64,000 bases of DNA from Styela clava (taxonomy: Eukaryota). This document shows positions 60,987 through 64,000 of this stretch, piece by piece. Under the pieces are notes generated by a model. The model saw nothing but the letters and a program-made list of their open reading frames with translations, was not told where the DNA came from and made no database searches. Each line of letters opens with the position of its first letter. The stretch's first letter is position 1. A program made the position numbers and the translations under genes. The stretch spans positions 16,368,001 through 16,432,000 of the forward strand of contig NC_135256.1 in the NCBI RefSeq assembly GCF_964204865.1, written 5' to 3'.

Positions 60987-62695
60987 TGTAGTGTGTTAAT
61001 TCTTTCAACTTTATTCATTTAACTATTGAGAACCTTACTGTTAGCATCACCAATTCGCTACGTATTTGTTTTCTTTTTTAATAACATTTACTTGTGTTAT
61101 ATTTTACTTTAGATTCATTATATACAGGGGTTCTCAAACTTTTGGTGTTGCGGAGCCCTTGAAAGGTTGAATATTATTCGCGGAGCCCCAAAATAAATTT
61201 TAAAATTGTTACTTTCAGATTATTTTCCCGAGCAAGTTAAAAGTACTTTATTTATTCTAAATGCTGAACCTTTTTTAATAGGGTTAACACAAGTCATAAA
61301 TAAATCTAAATTTTATACTAAAGCTGTAAATTTGACACTTGACGAACATATTAATAAATTAGGGATCGAATCTTTTCTTTTTTGACATTTTTGGAAGACT
61401 TAATTAAAAGGCCGTTAGTAACGTGCGCTATTTCATTTTGTTACAATCGCCGATTTTTTCCGTCAGCATGGCGTGTTTTAAACATCTTTACGCCGCTGTT
61501 TATTCTCCCTAAATCAAAAATTTCCCTCGGCATAGACATGTATTGTTACACAATGACGACGTTAATTGCTTTTTTGTTCTCGTGGGGAATTATGAGTTCA
61601 ATGTGAAAAACATGTTACCATATTATAGTCATCGGCGACGAAATGCTAAAAATAATAATCAATAAAAAGGTAAATCCACAACTCAAATTTCTTGATTGAA
61701 AAGCGGCATTCTAACATATTTAAACTGAAACTTAAAATGGAAGATCACACTTTGGTTTCAGCAGACTCACCTCAGATTGAAAACGCTTCTATAAACATTG
61801 TAAATCACAAAATTTGGTGTTATGTTAGGTTTTCATCGTAGTAGCTGCGAAATCGAAACAGTCAATTGTGCGCGCGATTTACCTTTTTTTTTCATTCTGA
61901 AACTACCGACGCAGCCGCACGCAATCAATGGTGCGCGCGATCCGCGATGTACCTTTTTTCATTCTGAAACTACCGACGGAGCTGAATGCAATAAAATAAT
62001 TTTCAATTGTTCGTATTTTCCCCAGACATTGTGATTTTTTAAACAGCGATATCTTGCTTAAAAATAATCTCAAGTGCGAAAGAAAACAAATCAAGTTTGA
62101 CAAATACCAAGATCGCAAAAATACGACACCAATTTATTTATAGTTGGCAGTTTATCACATATTTTATGTTATTTTAGAATAGTATTCTTTCATTTTAGTA
62201 ATCCTAATAGTAATCTCGAATCAAACGTGAGTAACGATGAGCACAACTACATTATACCGACGAGACACGTCAAATGCTCCATCGGTCTTGGATTGAATAT
62301 TTTACGCAACAGAAATCTCGTTATCCGTTTTTTTAATCGCGAAAAATGTTGCGCGGAAATTTCCGATTCCAATTTTGAACCATCTCCCTCTTAAGAATCC
62401 TGGCTGCGCTACTGCTCATAAATAATGTCATTTTTTAATTCCGGCCCTTTACAATATTTCGAGGCTATATTGTTGTCAGATGTTATCAAAGCTGTTATTG
62501 CTTCTTTGAACAGTTACAAAATTTTGAGTCAGTATTTTGAAGAGTAATCGAATAGCTCGCGGAGCCCCTGGGTTTCTCTCGCGGAGCCCTGGGGCTCCGT
62601 ACGGAGCACTTTGAGAACCTATGAATTATAAGAGTGCTTTAAATTTAAGTTGAATAAAGCCTTATATCAAGGTACTATATTTCTCATTCATTACA
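60987..62695 (+). mobile_element. Putative 5' LTR of the downstream Gypsy element, split by a hAT insertion
   Basis: TGTAGTG at 60987 and CATTACA at 62689-62695 (TG...CA, imperfect IR); TATA-like tatata at the insertion point and AATAAA at 62653; the gag ATG follows 46 nt after the CA. Confidence 0.5.
61125..62623. mobile_element. Non-autonomous hAT-type element (~1.5 kb)
   Basis: TIRs caggggttctcaaa / tttgagaacctatg with repeated gcggagccc subterminal motifs at both ends; internal ~60-bp tandem repeat at ~61868-61977; TSD imperfect. Confidence 0.8.
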
Positions 62696-62740
62696 ATTTA
62701 TTCAACTTAAATTATTTCACAAGAGTATTCTGGTACAAGC

Positions 62741-63831
62741 ATGGACAAGGTTCTGATACCAGAGAGACTAGAGATAGATCCTAACTCTAGTGAAGCATCC
62801 TGTGAGTGGCTGCACTGGAAGAAGACTTTCGATGATTTTTTAAACGCCTTGCCGTCTGAAGGCCTTGATAAACTAGGTGTACTGGTGAATTTCCTATCTC
62901 CTCGTATATTCCAATATATTGAGGAGGCAGAATCGTACGATACTGCGATTGAGATACTGAAAACAATGTTTGTCAAACCTCTCAATGAAGTTTATTCTCG
63001 GCATGTTCTGGCAACCAGGAACCAACAAGCATCTGGAAATGTAGACGAATACATGCAAGCATTAAAATCGTTAAGCAAACATTGTAACTTCAAAGCTGTA
63101 TCTGCTGTTCAAAACCGAGATGCTTATGTCCGAGACGCTTTTATCCGGGGGTTAAACTCCACATGGATACGACAGCGTTTGTTGGAAAACAAACACCTTG
63201 ATCTTAATACGACATACAATCAAGCAAGGAGCTTAGAAGTAGCAATTAAGAATGCTGAAGCTTATCGAGTTTCCGATTCTTCTACTGTGGTTACGGCTGC
63301 TCAAAACAGTGAAACTCAAAACGATGAGACATCGTGTGATATCGAGAAAATATCTGCTACTGCAAATCCCGCGTGCTTTTTCTGTGGCGGAAAGAAACAT
63401 CCTCCTTCAAAATGTCCATTCCAAAATGTGATTTGTTTCAAGTGTCATAAAAAGGACATTTCATGAAAGTCTGCAGAGGAACCGTTTTCAACCCACAAAA
63501 ACCTGACGAAGTCACAGCATGTTCTAACTCGTATATATTAGGGATGGCTTTTGACAATACCCCAAAATCATTGAGAGGGTCGTCGTCTGTGATTCATATT
63601 GAAGGACACGAAGTACGCGCACTTTTTGATAGTTGCAGTAGTCAGAGTTCCATACACCCTCGTCTCATAGAACGGTGTAACCTCCCAATCAAAAGGGACA
63701 CAGTTAAGAACAAGGTAGCAATGTCTTCTCTGACGGTTTCCATGCCTATAAAAGATTGCACAGCAGCTGATATTGAATATCAGGGCCTACACTATCCAAA
63801 ATTCAAATTGAGAGTAATGGATGATCTATGT
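62741..63831 (+). pseudogene. Ty3/Gypsy gag-protease, disrupted
   Basis: Gag with zinc knuckles CFFCGGKKHPPSKC and CFKCHK/GHFMKVC (frameshift at ~63450 inside the second); aspartyl protease motif ALFDSCS; interrupted at 63832 by a MITE. Confidence 0.88.
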
Positions 63832-64000
63832 CAGGGGTCACCAACCTTTTCGAAGCCGAGGGCTACTTTTTGGGTACAGATTAAGCTGCGGGCTACCAGT
63901 TCAATGTACACTTATAAAAAAGTCAGTTGCTCGATTAAGCTTCAATTATTGATATATTTACTGGTATTTAGTGAAGTATAGACACTAATAAACTTTAGGA
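63832..64000. mobile_element. Left end of a hAT-type MITE inserted in the Gypsy pol
   Basis: caggggtcaccaacctttt start with gggctac subterminal motifs; protease homology stops at this point. Confidence 0.7.

Noticed and set aside
63440-63470. Programmed gag-pol frameshift
   Set aside because: The shift falls inside a CCHC zinc knuckle and destroys it; a 1-nt deletion in an A-run is the simpler explanation.

Overview
AT-rich eukaryotic DNA with GT-AG introns, most likely from an ascidian (tunicate), inferred from the larval-muscle-type actin N-terminus. Four single-intron muscle actin genes (one a nonsense-mutated pseudogene) are interleaved with or next to three minus-strand multi-exon genes for secreted Sushi/CCP-repeat proteins (9 CCP; 5 CCP; 9 CCP + somatomedin B). 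The window also holds a ~16 kb gene-poor stretch, an intronless orphan 7TM receptor, and a selenoprotein W gene that the ORF track misses (in-frame UGA plus a predicted SECIS). There is also a candidate small secreted cationic peptide gene. Mobile DNA includes hAT-type MITEs with 8-bp TSDs, DINE-1/Helentron-like elements, Gypsy remnants, and a Gypsy 5' end whose primer-binding site looks self-priming. Exon boundaries were read by eye; no searches were run.
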